NCBI GenBank assembly: GCA_963845755.1
Contig: CAWJTV010000006.1
Coordinates: 64,001 to 128,000, forward strand
Direction: 5' to 3'
DNA length: 64,000 nt
Source of the DNA: an uncultured Planctomycetota bacterium
Lineage (GTDB): Bacteria; Planctomycetota; Planctomycetia; Isosphaerales; Isosphaeraceae
Shown: positions 29,001-41,974 of the stretch, piece by piece
Position numbering within the stretch: position 1 is the first letter of the stretch
Layout of the letters: every line of letters begins with the position of its first letter
Notes under the pieces: generated by a model
Database searches by the model: none
Told to the model about the DNA's origin: nothing
What the model saw: the letters and a program-made list of their open reading frames with translations, nothing else
Position numbers and translations under genes: made by a program

Positions 29001-32000
29001 CCGACGATCCGGCCGATCATCAACAAATGTCGGGGACCTTGACGACCGACAGTTCCTTCACCGGCACGGCCCAGTTCTCTTTAGAGAATTACACGAAGGA
29101 CCCCGATGCCGACCCGGTCGGTCAGGTGTCCCGGGGGAGCTTCGACGTGCAGGCCATGGGGATCGACGCCGGCACCGGGGCCAGCGCCAGGTCACGTTCA
29201 ACGCCCAGGTCCCCACGCCGCAGCTCAAACAGGCGACGCTGTCCTATTTCGGCGATGACGGGCAATGGCACACGGCCGCCGAATACAACGGCTCGGCGTG
29301 GGTGCAGGTCGGGCCTTCCGGCGACACGCCCATGAACGAACAGGATGCGCCGGCCGGTCCCGGCCTCAATACCATCAGCCTGCCCCTCCAGTTCGATGAC
29401 TCCTCCGCGCCGGCGGTGGATGACCTGTCTGGTACGGTGTTCGTGCTCACGGTGCCGGCGCCGATTTCCCTCAACCCCGTGCCGGGCGGCACGGTCGACA
29501 CCCCTTACGCCGAGACGATTGCCGCGAGCGGCGGGACCGGGAGCATCACACTGGCGGTGAGCAACGTCACCGGCTCCATACCCGGCCTGTCGATCCCCAC
29601 CGGCGGGACCAACAGCCTGACCATCACGGGAACACCCACGGCGGCGGGGAACGGTCAGCTTCACCGTGGCGGCCACCGACAGCGTGGGCCTTGCCGAGTC
29701 GCAGAGCTACACCCTGGCGGTGACCCAGGCCGATCCCTCGCGGTCCACGATCTCCCTGGTCCCCGCCAGCGTCGAGCGCGGGTGGGACGGCGACGGTCAC
29801 GCTGACCGCCGTCAACGTCTCAGGCGTGGCGGAGACCAGCGGCGGTCTCTCGGTCGCGTTCGGCCTGGGGAGCGGCGGCGGCACCGGAACGTTCGGACCC
29901 GTCACCGACAACGGCGATGGGACCTACACCGCCGTGTTCACCGGCAACATTGCCGGGACCAACACGATCACCGCGACCGTCAACGGTCAGCCGGTGACAA
30001 CTTCGGCACCGGCCGTCACCGTCACCCCGGGGGCCGTCGATCTGGCCGAATCCACCGTGTCGGCGATGGCCCCGGCCCTGCCGGTCGGAGGCACTACAAC
30101 CGTAACCCTGACGACCCGGGATAGCTACGGGAACCAGGAAACCACCGGCGGCCTGCCGGTCGGCTTCGCGCTCGACACCGGGGTCGGATCGTTCAGCCCG
30201 GTCACGGACAACGGCGACGGGACCTATTCCGCCACGTTCACGGCCACGAGCCCGGGGACGGGCACGTTCGAGACGACGATCAACAATCAATCGCTCACGT
30301 CCCTGCCACCCGGCATCACGGTCGTGGCGCTGAGCCTCGAAGGATCGACCATCGCGGTGGCGCCGCCGTCGGTCCCGATCGCGAGCACGACCACGGTCAC
30401 CCTGAAGGCCATCGATGCCGACGGTACCCAGGAGACGACGGGCGGGTTCACGGTCGTTTTCGAATTGGGGACGGGGACGGGCGCCGGGACGTTCGGTCCG
30501 GTCACGGACAACGGCGACGGCACCTACACGGCGACGTTCTCGGCCACGGCCGTGGGCAGCAACGCGATCCTCGCCACGATCGACGGCTTCCCCATCGCCA
30601 CGGCCGCCGAGGTGACGATCACCGACGGCTTGACCGTCACCACCAATCCCACGAGCCAGACCGTCAGCGCCGGCAGCCCCGTGTCGTTCGTCGCGGCCGC
30701 GTCCGGCGTCCCGGCCCCCACCGTGCAGTGGCAGGTGAGCAGCGACGGCGGGACCACCTTCACCGATGTCCCCGGCGCCACCGCCGACACGCTGGCGTTC
30801 ACGCCCACCTCGGCCGAGAGCGGCGACCTGTACCGCGCCGTCTTCACCAATTCGGCCGGCAGCGCCACGACCACGGTGGCCACGTTGACCGTCAGCTCGA
30901 CACCCAGCAATCTGGTCATCGACGCGGGCGCAAACGCGTTTCCTAACTTCCGCCTCGAACTACCCCAGAACGGGTATTTCGGGTACGAGCCCACCGTGAC
31001 GCTCAGCAACGGCAACATCGTCGTCGTGGGGGGGGCCCTCAACCTGGGGCAGGCCGTGTTCCTTTATAACGGCGAGACGGCCGCGCTGATCAGTACCCTG
31101 ATCGGTGACAGTTCCGTCACCGCCCTGACGAACGGGAATTTCGTGGCCACCGGCAATGGCACGGCAACCTGGGTGAACGGGAGGACCGGGCTCAGTGGCA
31201 CGGTCTCCGCTGCAAACAGCCTCGTCGAGGACGCCAACAGCGGCAGCGACCAGGTCCCCATGGTGGTCCCTCTCACCAACGGGAACTACGTCGTCGTGTT
31301 CGCCGACTGGGACGGCGACACGGGGGCGGTGACGTGGGGGAACGGGACGACGGGGACCGTCGGCACCGTCTCCGCCGACAACAGCCTGGTCGGCAGCAAC
31401 CCCGGCGACGAGGTGGGGACGCTCGGCGGCTCCACGACAGGCGTCACGCCTCTGGCCAACGGCAATTATGTGGTGAGCAGCCCATACTGGAACAATCAGG
31501 AAGGCGCGGCGACGTGGGGGAACGGGACGACGGGCGTCACCGGCACCATCACGGCCGCCAACAGCCTCATCGGAGGCGGGGCCTACGGTGAGCTCACGGT
31601 GACCCCGCTCACCGATGGCAATTACCTCGTCTCCAACGATCAATGGAATAACGGCGCGGGCGCGGTGACCTGGGGAAGCGGAACGGCGGGCGTCGACGGC
31701 GTCATCTCCGCGTCCAACAGCCTGGTCGGCAGTACGGAGGGGGACGCGGTGGGCGAGCACATCATCGCCCTCGCCAACGGCAACTACGTGGTCGGCAGCC
31801 GGTCGTGGAATAGCAGTGCGGGGGCGGTGACGTGGGGCAACGGAGCGACGGGGATCAGCGGGATGATCTCCGCCATGAACAGCCTCGTCGGCAACCCCGG
31901 CGACGACGTGGGCGGGGGGACCGGCGGCGGCAGCGGTATCGGTGGCGTGACCGCGCTCGCCAATGGCAATTACGTCGTGGACAGCCCGACCTGGAATGGC

Positions 32001-34652
32001 TACCAGGGCGCGGTGACCTGGGCCGATGGCGAGACGGGATTGGCCGGCACCGTCTCCGCCGACAACAGCCTCGTCGGCGCGGTGGTCAGCGGTGTGAGCG
32101 ACCAGGTGGGCTCCGGCGGCGTCACGGCCCTGGCTTACGGCAACTACGTCGTGGCCAGCCCGGCATGGAGCAATAGCGAGGGGGCCGTGACGTGGGGCAA
32201 CGGGACGACCGGAACCGTCGGCACCGTCTCCGCCGACAACAGCCTCGTCGGAAGCATATCGAACTACAACCCAACCGGACTCGGCGATCAGGTCGGCAGC
32301 GGCGGCGTCACGTCCCTCACGAACGGCAACTACGTGGTCGTCAGCACGAGCTGGGATGGCCAGACGGGAGCAGTTACCTGGGGCAATGGGACGACGGGGA
32401 CCGTCGGGACCATCTCGGCTGCCAACAGCCTGGTCGGCAGCGCCAGCACGGACGATGTCGGAAACCGCGGCGTCACGGCCTTGTCCGATGGGAATTACGT
32501 GGTGGACTCTCCGACCTGGAACAATGGTGAAGGGGCCGTGACGTGGGGGAGCGGCACGAAGGGAGTCCGTGGCACCATCTCCGCCACCGACAGCCTGGTC
32601 GGAAGCCTCTCCGGAGATGGCGTGGGCGGCGGTGGCGAGAATCTGCCTTACGGGAATTTTGCGACGGTCGGCGGCGTGACCGCGCTCCCGAACGGCAATT
32701 ACGTCGTGGTCAGCCCCTTATGGAACCAGGGCGACGGGGCGGTGACGTGGGGCGACGGGACGACCGGAATCACCGGCACGCCCACCTCCGGCAATAGTCT
32801 GATCAACCTTCCCGGCCTGGGCGGGGGCTTCGGCGCGCAAGGCGTCAGTGTCTTTCCCGACGGGAATTACATCTTCTGGGACGACCCGGGCCAGGGAGAT
32901 TCCGGCACGCAGACCTGGGTCGACGGCAGCGCGGGGCGGACCCTTGACGGCCAGGATACGCCCGACGCCCAGAACAGCCTCGTCGGCGGGGGAACCCTGC
33001 CCGACACGCTACCGCTCCTGCCGGACGGCTCCTTCGTCATCGGCGGCTACTGCTACCTGAGCAGCCCCAACCAGCTCACCTTCGCGCCGGCCGGGGGGCA
33101 GACGATCACCGTATCGCCCGACTTCCTGACCCGGGTTCTCGACGCGGGCACGAACGTGACTGTGCAGGCCAGCAACGACATCGCGATCAACAGTCCGATC
33201 GATCTCGTTCCGAAGGGGAGCGCCGGCAGCCTGACCCTGGAGGCGGGGCGCAGCATCCTCCTGAATGCGGGCATCAACACGGCCGGCGGGGACCTGTCCT
33301 TGATCGCCAATGTCCCGTCGGCCGGCGGGGTCGTCAGCAGCCAGCGCGCCCCGGGCAACGCCGCCATCGCGATGGCGACCGGCGTCACGCTCGTCGCCGC
33401 CCCGGGCACCCTTTCGGTTGACCTCGAGCAGAGCACGGACAAGGCCAATAACGGCAGCGGCGCGGTGACCCTACTCGGCATCGCCGCCAGCACGACGACC
33501 CTCTCCAGCGCCAGCACGCTGGGCATCATCCTGAACGGGACCAGCCCGGGCGACGGCATCACGGCCGGCACCTACACGCAGGTCGACGCGACCGGTGCAA
33601 TCAACCTCGACGGCGCCACGCTCCAGGTGACCGACACCAGGTCCGCCCCCGCGGGGACGCGCCTGACCATCGTGCAGAGCAGCGGCGGGGTGCGCGGTAC
33701 GTTCAAAGGCTTGCCCGAGGGTGCCGTGGTCGTCGCCCCGTACGGGACGCAGTTCACGATCTCGTACCAGGGGAATGGAGGCAATTCCGTAATCCTGACC
33801 TCGCTCGGAAACGTGCCATTGACGGCCCAGCTCGCATTCGCCGTCCCCAGCCTGGCGGTCGATGAAAAAGCCGGCGTGGCGACGGTCGAGGTGGTGCGAA
33901 CCGGCGGATACCAGGGTCCAGTCTCTGTCGTCGCGACCACGTCCGGCGGCACGGCGGTCGCCGGGGTCAACTACACGCCGGTCGACCTGGACCTGAGCTT
34001 CGCCGCCGGCCAGGACAGCCAGACCCTGACCATCCCCATCAATGCGGCCGTCGCCTTGACGTCGGCGGTGACGGTGACCATCGTCCTGAGCAGCCCCGGC
34101 GGCGTCGCCGTCCTGGGCAGCCCGTCCACGATGACGCTGGTGATCCAGAATGGCAATCAACCCCCGCCGTCGTCGCCCGTCACGGTGGAGAGCGTGAGCC
34201 TGACCACGAACAAGCGGCACAAGGTGACCGGGATCCAGATCGGTTTCAGCGGCGGCCTGGAGGTCAGCGAGGCCCGGCGCACGGCGACCTACCGGCTGGC
34301 CACGGCCGGAAAGGGGGGCTCGTTCACGGCCAAGGGCGCCAGGGCGATCAAGCTGCGATCGGCCGTCTACAACGGGGCGAGCGACACCGTGACGCTGACG
34401 CCGGCATCACCGTTTTCCCTGTCGAAGCCGGTCCAGCTCCTGATCTATGGCACGGGCTCGAAGGCCTTGCAGGACGGATACGGCCGGCCGATCGACGGCA
34501 ACGGCGACGGGCAGGCCGGTAGCAATGCCGTGGCGATCCTCACGAGCGGGGGAGCGACCATCGATGCGGTCTCGTCCACGGTCCACGCAATCGATTTCCT
34601 CCTCGCCCGTGGGGCGCTCGATCGGTCGATACGCCCAGGTCGGCCGTATTGA
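26086..34652 (+). CDS. Giant multidomain surface protein (about 2850 aa) split by several frameshifts
   Basis: ERLEDRLCPS signal; GHSRG hydrolase motif; putative Ig; 3 invasin/Big_1-like PVTDNGDGTY repeats; Ig I-set; DUF5650-like repeats; Calx-beta; overlapping ORFs continue one another. Confidence 0.75.
31120..32980 (+). repeat. Intragenic DUF5650-like tandem repeats (about 9 full and 2 degenerate)
   Basis: Repeating L.NGNYVV.S..W....GAVTWG.G.TG..G.VSA.NSLVG. Confidence 0.85.
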
Positions 34653-34678
34653 CCACTGAGCCATGAGGACCCGAATCC

Positions 34679-37494
34679 ATGTTGTTTCCGCTCCTCTCCG
34701 CGCACCGCTTCAGCCGCCGGGCTGGATCCCGAGTCCGCACCCGGCGCCGGTTTCGGCCCGGGCTGTGGGATGGGTTGGAGGGCCGCGTCCTGCTCTCGGG
34801 CAGCCCGACGTACTACACGGTCAACCTGACGAGCGCCACCGGGGCCAGTTCGGGCACCGACGGCACGACGGGGACCCCGTCGGGCGATCTGCTCTGGGCG
34901 GTCACCCAGGCCAACGCCAACACCAACCCGGCCGGCAGCGTCATCGAATTCGACCCGACGGTCTTCAACACCGCCACGCCCCGGACGATCACACTGGGCG
35001 CCACGCTCACGATCGACCCGTCGCAGTCCGCCGGGCCCGTCGTGGTCGACGGACCGGGGGCCAGCATCGTGACGATCAAGGCGCCCGTCGTCCCTACCGA
35101 GTACACCGGATTTTATGGGGTCTATTTCGGGCTGATCCAGGTCAACGCCGGTGTGACGGCCACGGTCAGCGGGTTGACGATCTCGGCCGGGTTGACCACC
35201 AATCTGGCCGATGCCTATTTCGATGGTGGCGGCATCTCCAACTCGGGCACGCTCACGGTCAGCGGCTGCGTCCTCTCGCAGAACGCGCCTGGCGGCGGGG
35301 TCGTCGGCGAGGGACCGGACTACGGCGGGGGCATCTACAACGCCAGCACGGGCCTGTTGACGCTTGTCAGCTCGACCGTCACCGATAACAACGGCGATAT
35401 CAGCCCCGGGGGCGGCATTTACAACCTGGGCACGATGAAGATCTCGAACTCCACCGTCTCGGACAATCAAGACTCGGGCATCGAGAATCTGGGCACCATG
35501 ACGCTCGCCGACTCGACGATCGCGAACAACGCCGTGGGGATCGACACCGACGGTAGCCTGACGATCGCCAACTGTACAATCGCCGGCAATACCGGGAGCG
35601 GCGTGGACATCGAGGGTGGGACGGCCCTCATGGACAACACCATCGTGGCGCTCAATACGACCGACCAGAATCCCAACTCCGCACCGAGCGACATTATCGG
35701 GGCTGTCTCGCCGTCGAGCGCCTACAACCTGATCGGGTCGGGCGGCTCTGGGAGCCTGGAGGACCACATCAATGGGAACCAGGTCCTGGCCGCCGGGACC
35801 GATCCGTTACTGGGCAGCCTGGCCGAGAACGGCGGCCCGACCCAGACCATGCAACTCCTGCCCGGCAGCCCCGCGATCGGCACCGGCAGCATCGCCCTGG
35901 CCCTCGATCCCGCGACCAACGAACCGTTGACGACCGACCGCGCGGCGCCGGTTTTCCTCGGAGCGCCGGCGGGATCGTGGACATCGGGGCGTTCGAGCGG
36001 CCCAATGTGACGGGCCTGCCCACGGTTTACACCGTCAACCTCACCAGCGCCAGCGGCGCGGGCTCGGGTAATGCCGGCGATCTGGTCTTCGCCGTCGACC
36101 AGGCCAACGCCAATACCAACCCAGCCGGCAGCGTGATCGCGTTCGACCCGGCGGTCTTCAACGCTTCCTCGCCGCAGATGATCGTGCTCGGCAGCCCGCT
36201 CGGGATCTCGGGGACGACGGCGCCGATCGCGATCGACGGGCCCGGCGCGCGGGCGCTGACCGTCTTCGGAGGGTTCACGGTCGGCCCGAACGTGACGGCC
36301 AGCCTCGCCGGATTGACCGTCTCGTCGGGCTCCACCACCAGCGGCGTTGGCCACATTGATGGGATCGACAACAGCGGCTACCTGACCGTCACCGCGTCCG
36401 CCATCGCCGATAATGTCTGGGGCGCCGTCAGTAATCGCGGCCATCTGACCGTCGTTGACTCGGCCGTGACCAACAACGGCAGCTACGATTTCAACGACCC
36501 GGTCATCTCCAGCAACGGGGGCGTGATGACCTTGGTCAATACCACGATCGCCGATAACACGAACGAGGTGGACTCCACGATCAATATCCTGAGCAGCGCG
36601 GACTTCACGAACTGCACGATCGCCGACAATGTCGGCGGGGGGATTTGGGTTGATCTGGCCGAGGGGGGCACGGTCGTTCTGAACAATACGATCGTCGTGC
36701 TCAACACCGAGTGGACCACGGACGCGCAAGCAACCGGCCCGCCCGACGATATCCAGGTCCTGGCCGGAACAATCGCGGCGTCCAGCTCATGCAACCTGAT
36801 CGGGTCGGTCTTGATTTCACAGGGTGGCTCGAGCGGGCCCCAGAACGAGGTCAACGGCAATCGTGTGGGCGTTACCGACATGGGCCTGGCGCCGCTGGCC
36901 AACAACGGGGGCCCAACCCCGACGATCGCACTCTTACCGGGCAGCCCGGCGATCGACGCCGGCAGCGTGGCCCTGGCCGTCGATCCGGCCACCGGACTCC
37001 CCCTGGCCACCGACCAGCGCGGCGCCGGTTTTGCGCGGATCGTTAACGGCACCGTAGACATCGGCGCGTTCGAGGCTGGTGTGGGAGGCACGACTGGGCC
37101 GCCGACGATCATCGGAGAGCAGCTCCTGACCGCGGGCGGAAGGAAGAAGGCGCACCTCGCTGGCTTCGAGCTGGTGTTCAGCCAGCCGCTCGACGCATCC
37201 CGGGCTCGGAACGCCGCGAATTACGAGATCACGCAGACCGTCCGGCGCGGCCGCAAGCGGGTTACCCAGCGGGTCCCGATCAAGGCGGAGTACGTCGCCG
37301 CGATCGATGCGGTCCGCTTGATCCTGGCCGGCAAGCCGACGTTTTCGCTGGGAGGGACGATCACGGTCAACGCCTCGGCGCCGAACGGGATCACCAACGT
37401 GGCGGGGATCTACCTCGATGGCGACAACGCAGGCGTCCCCGGTGATGATGGCGTCTTCACGATCTTGCCGAAGGCGCGAGGCGTGATGCGCTGA
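34679..37494 (+). CDS. Secreted beta-helix / choice-of-anchor Q protein with duplicated module (frameshift near 35940)
   Basis: GLEGRVLLS signal; two copies of GDL..AV.QANANTNPAGSVI.FDP and LA.NGGPT.T..LLPGSPAI..G...DIGAFE. Confidence 0.85.
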
Positions 37495-39765
37495 TCGCCG
37501 TCGAGCGCCGATCCGTTGACTTGCACGCGCGAGCCGGACTCCCGATTCGTCGCACTGGTTGGCCTACGCCCGGGAGCTGAGGAACCGGGTCCGGTCGCTC
37601 GTCCGGGCAGCGGGATCCGCGCATGATGACGATGGATGGGGCTGGGACCCCACCGATTAACCAGAGCGATCCGGAAACAGCGCCTCTGGTTCGGTGAAAT
37701 CGGTCCGACGACACCGAAGCGTTCTCGAACTCTGCATGACCGGTTCGCGCACGCTACCTCGAAGGGGCCTACTTCGTGGAATCGCGCAGCCGCAACGGCT
37801 AGAGCCCGACCCCACTCGAGGTCTCAACTCGACCCGTTCCGCAGCGATCAGGGCACCGCTCCTCAGCGCTCGACGTATGAGCATCGGCTGGGAGTCGCAA
37901 TCTCTGCGGCTTCCGCGATCATCAGCGTAGGCACCACGCGAGGGCCCGTACACGGGCACCCACGATGGCCCCTCATCGGTCCGGTTGCATCGCGATGCCG
38001 GACGATCGATTTCTGTGACGACGGAGGCACTATGTCTGCTACTTCCAGCCGCCGCAAGGGCGGGTCCCTGGGGCCGCTCCCTACGGAGACCCGCCCGATC
38101 AGGTCTGCGGCGGGAGCGGCGACGGGACCCACCGGCGGCGACCAGTGGTCCGTCGGCCACGAACCCGGCACACGCCTTTCAGCCCGCGCTGCCGTGGAGA
38201 TGGATGGCGCCGGATGCCACCGAGGGGGACGACCATATCATCAATTCGGATGACATGGTGTTCCCTTGGAGGTGGAGAGCGCAGGATACCCGTGACGGGC
38301 GCAGGCGGGAGGGAGAAGGTAACCGTCAGCAGGGTCGCCCGAGGCCCGAAGGCGAAAGTGGCTGCCCGCCGTGTGCCGGCTACGAGGGCGTGCGACGGAT
38401 CGGGTCGTCTTATGGGGAACCTCAAGATCTCGATGTCCAGTGTCGAGCAGGACGACGAGAGACGGAGCGGCGACAGACGGAGCGGCGACAGACGAGGGGG
38501 CCGCCGCCAGCGGTCTCGAGGGGCACCACCGGCGGAAACACGATCTGGTGGTTTCCCGTGTCGGTGGCCGTTGCAGACCGCCCCGGGCGGCCCCGCCCGG
38601 CACGCCCCGAAACCCAGGCCAACAAGTCGAAGTTCTTCGCATGCGGAGTCGTGGCGGCGGGACGACCACACGGCCGAAACCCGTCGTCAATCCGAGGTGT
38701 GGACGCGGTGTGCATTGAACTCGAGGTCGCCGCGAGCGGGTCTTCCCAATGGCCGCGCCCCAAGGGACCACGAGCGACGGCTGGTCCCCGATCGCCGCGG
38801 CGAGGAAAGACCTCAAGGCGGCGGCCCGGTCCTGGGTTTAGGTAACGGCGATTCCTGGTGCGTCGCCGGCTCGAATGGTGTCGTTCGCTTGGGTCGATGA
38901 AGCGAGGTGAGCCGCGATCGGGACCTCCCGTCCTGCGGCCCTGACGACTGCCGCCCTGGCAAACATACCCAGGAGATCGTTGGGATGGTATTCGCGTCCG
39001 GCACCCTGCCAGGTCAAGTCGTCGTAGAGGCGATCCGGCAGAGGTGGGATTCTGCCGGCCCTTTGGAGGAGCCGCGACGGCTGGACCTGCCGCTCCACTC
39101 TGGCCGGCCCAGAAGATGACCATCGCAGGCATCGTAGGTCGCCGTACAAGTCGTCAAACGGGCTTCGACTTCAACGCGGCCGACAAGTGATCGGATCGGT
39201 CATAATCGCCGATGGCAAAACGATCGGTGCCGCCCTCCCGATGCGCCAGCCGGAACACCAGGACCGGAACCGACTAACGTTAGGCGGACGGAAGATCATA
39301 GCCGGTCCATGATCGAGGCGGTCAGTCCGTCGAATGCGGGCGATGCTCAGGCCCAGTGGACCCGTTATTTTCTTCCGTTCGCCTAACGTTAATCCGAATC
39401 GGTGCGGACTCACTGGCATCACCCGGCGCCGCTCGAGGATCTATCCGGTCCTCGAGAGGTCACGGCATGGGGTCACCGTCCGAGATCATCAAGCAAGCCG
39501 GCGGCAGGAAGCTTGAGATCGCCGCCACGGCCCGATCGGGCGGCACCACGGCCATGCCGGCCCACTTGTCGGCGATGTTGACGATCAGCCTCTCGACCGC
39601 GAGAGCCCGGGGGCAGGATTTGCGACTGCCCGGACCTCGACCACACGTTGTGCTCTCGTCGGTTTGTGTGCCCTTACGAGGTCGCTCAGTGGCCCGGCTC
39701 GCCGAGCCGATGCACTGAACTTTCCCGAAACCGCCGCGACGAGCCCGGACCGCTGGCGCGTCGGG

Positions 39766-40608
39766 TTAGACCGAGTTCCCCCGCAACTGGAACGGCGGTG
39801 GCTGACGTCCGTCGAGGTCCTGGAAGCCATACTCGAGTGCCAGGTCGCCGACGGTGAACACGCCGCCGGACTTCTGCATGATCTCGGGGTCTGAGGCCAG
39901 GGCCCTCACGGCCCGCCCCAGGTATTCCGGCGTCTCGGTCGCGCCCAGGTCAAAGGGGTGGGCGGCATGGGCCGCCATCACCCGCTCCGTCCGCATGAAG
40001 CCGGGGGCCAGCGCCAGGGCCGACACGCCGTGGGGCCGGAGGTCCTTCGCCATCCCGAGGATCATCCGAATGATGGCCGCCTTCGATACGTCATAGAAGA
40101 GGTTCCCCAGGTATTCGCCGTCGGCCCAGGCCACCGTGCTGACGACCAGCCCTCCCCGCCGGTGGAGCATCAGCGGGGCGGCGAATTGGCTGACCACCAG
40201 GTGCGCCCGCAGGCCGGCGACGAACATCCCCTGCCACTGGGACCGGGGCTGTTCCCAGTACGGGGCCATGGTGATCCCCGTCGGTTGGCCCTCATAGCCG
40301 CCCCAGGCGTTGTTCACGAGCAGATCGAGTCCCCCCTGTTCGGCCCGGACGCGCTCGAAGAGTGCTTCGACCTCGACATCGACGGTGTGATCGCAGCGGA
40401 CGGGCACCCCGATGCCGCCGCGTGCCACCACCTCGTCGGCGGTGTCCTCGATCGTGCCCGGCAGCCCGTCAGTCGTCGGGAGGCCGCGGACGCTCCGTCC
40501 GGTGACGTACACCGTCGCCCCGGCCTCGCCGAGTAACACCGCGATGGCCCGCCCGGCTCCGCGACTGGCCCCGGTGACAACGGCGATCCGATCGCTGAGA
40601 GTTTGCAA
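39766..40608 (-). CDS. SDR family oxidoreductase
   Basis: VVTGASRGAG, LLVNNA, YDVSK; TTG start with GGAGG RBS. Confidence 0.92.
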   Translation of the reverse strand: MQTLSDRIAVVTGASRGAGRAIAVLLGEAGATVYVTGRSVRGLPTTDGLPGTIEDTADEVVARGGIGVPVRCDHTVDVEVEALFERVRAEQGGLDLLVNNAWGGYEGQPTGITMAPYWEQPRSQWQGMFVAGLRAHLVVSQFAAPLMLHRRGGLVVSTVAWADGEYLGNLFYDVSKAAIIRMILGMAKDLRPHGVSALALAPGFMRTERVMAAHAAHPFDLGATETPEYLGRAVRALASDPEIMQKSGGVFTVGDLALEYGFQDLDGRQPPPFQLRGNSV

Positions 40609-41066
40609 CGCCTGACCTCCACGTCGCCTGATCGAAGAGCTCAGCGGCCCGGGCCGCCGAGTCGAGGCGTCAATTCTCCGAGGAGCCGACCCGGCTGACC
40701 GGGCCGCTACGGCGCGCCTCGTCAGGCCGAATTCCTCGGGGGCCTCGGGACCCAATACACCACGCCGACGACCGTACCGACCAGCCAGCCGATCGTACAG
40801 ACCGCAACGACCACGAACCAGTCCGGGTCCGACCACGGCTGGCCGAACAGGCCGCTCGCCAGGGCAATCAGCGGGACGATGAGGAGCACCGCGAGTACAT
40901 CCCCTCGGCGGGAGCAGGCCGCGACGTTCGCGGTCAGGACCAGGGACGAGTGCACCAGCCAGCCGAGGACCGAGATTCCGTTTGGGTGCTCGAAGGCATC
41001 AGCCCGGCGATATCGGCTCCATGTCGGGCGGAGGAAGGCTTCGGGATCGCCCCAGGCGACGGGGAG

Positions 41067-41170
41067 CAGGCCGGACCAGCCCGGACCGGGACGGCTGCGG
41101 GATGCCTGGAACTGGTTTCCGCGCGCCGAGGCCAATCGGCGGCTCCACGGCCGGGCGAATCGAGGCTTCG
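41067..41170 (+). repeat. 104-bp dispersed direct repeat, copy 1
   Basis: About 93 of 104 bases identical to 43673-43776, no gaps. Confidence 0.85.
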
Positions 41171-41375
41171 GCCGAGAGGCTCCCACTTGAGCTGGAGGAA
41201 TCCTGGAGCGCCGCCACGACTGGTCCCCTTAGGACAGTTCATCGGTCCCTGCGTGATGTCCATCCCAACCGAGCCTTGTCTGTGGTCGTGGTCAAGAGCA
41301 GCACTCTCCACCGAGACGTTCGCCTCGAAACCCGCACCGATCGCGGCAGGGTGATCCCGATTGACTTGACGTTAG

Positions 41376-41437
41376 GCTGTTTTCACGAAGGGTGTGGCGC
41401 CCCGAAGACTCGGAACCAGTCCCCTTCGTGAAACAGC
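41376..41437. repeat. Third (inverted) copy of the 462-521 palindromic repeat
   Basis: Reverse strand GGGGACTGGTTCCGAGTCTTCGGGGCGCC with GCTGTTTCACGAAGGG arms. Confidence 0.7.
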
Positions 41438-41647
41438 GCGTTGGAGGATTCAGCGTTTGCCAGGCCGCAGTCGCCCCGACCAACCTGCGAAGGCAGCCGG
41501 GGCTCTCGGCCGTCCGACGGCGGTCTCGCCGGCCCCTTCGAAAAGCCGGAGATATTGCCGGTCTCGATCGAGGATTCCCGAGGAGCCGGCGCCATCGGAT
41601 TCTGCCTCGATCTTGCGGGCGAATCACCGTCGTCCGAGGATCGTCGC

Positions 41648-41974
41648 TTAGCTCGGACGGAACTCCACGACGCGATCGAGCGGCACTGCGACAATCATGT
41701 CCTCGTCGGCCATCGCGAGGATCACCCCATCGATCACGACAGCAGACGGGCCAGGGCCTGCCAATGTCCGGACGATCTCCGCCATTCGGGCTCGGACGAG
41801 CCTCTCGCCCTCACGAAATTCCCGACGAAGCTCCTCGGCTAATCGCGGGGATTCCTCGGTCCGAAATTCGATCTCTTCCTCGAGCGCCGACAATGCTGCG
41901 ATCATGCGTCCGGATTCTCGGCACGCGGACTCGAGTGACCGAACCGTCTCCGGTGATAAATTCTCGATCATCAT
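41648..41974 (-). CDS. Hypothetical protein
   Basis: Coding-like 108-aa ORF MMIENLSPETVRSLE..; GAGG RBS. Confidence 0.55.
   Translation of the reverse strand: MMIENLSPETVRSLESACRESGRMIAALSALEEEIEFRTEESPRLAEELRREFREGERLVRARMAEIVRTLAGPGPSAVVIDGVILAMADEDMIVAVPLDRVVEFRPS

Noticed and set aside
31120..32980. Regularly spaced DNA repeats resembling an array
   Set aside because: They are in-frame protein repeats with synonymous variation
38460..38494. 15-bp tandem repeat AGACGGAGCGGCGAC, about 2.3 copies
   Set aside because: Simple local duplication with no supporting context
37636..39700. Many overlapping R/P/G-rich ORFs
   Set aside because: No RBS, motif or composition support; typical spurious high-GC ORFs (also 42.0-44.2 kb and 51.4-52.6 kb)
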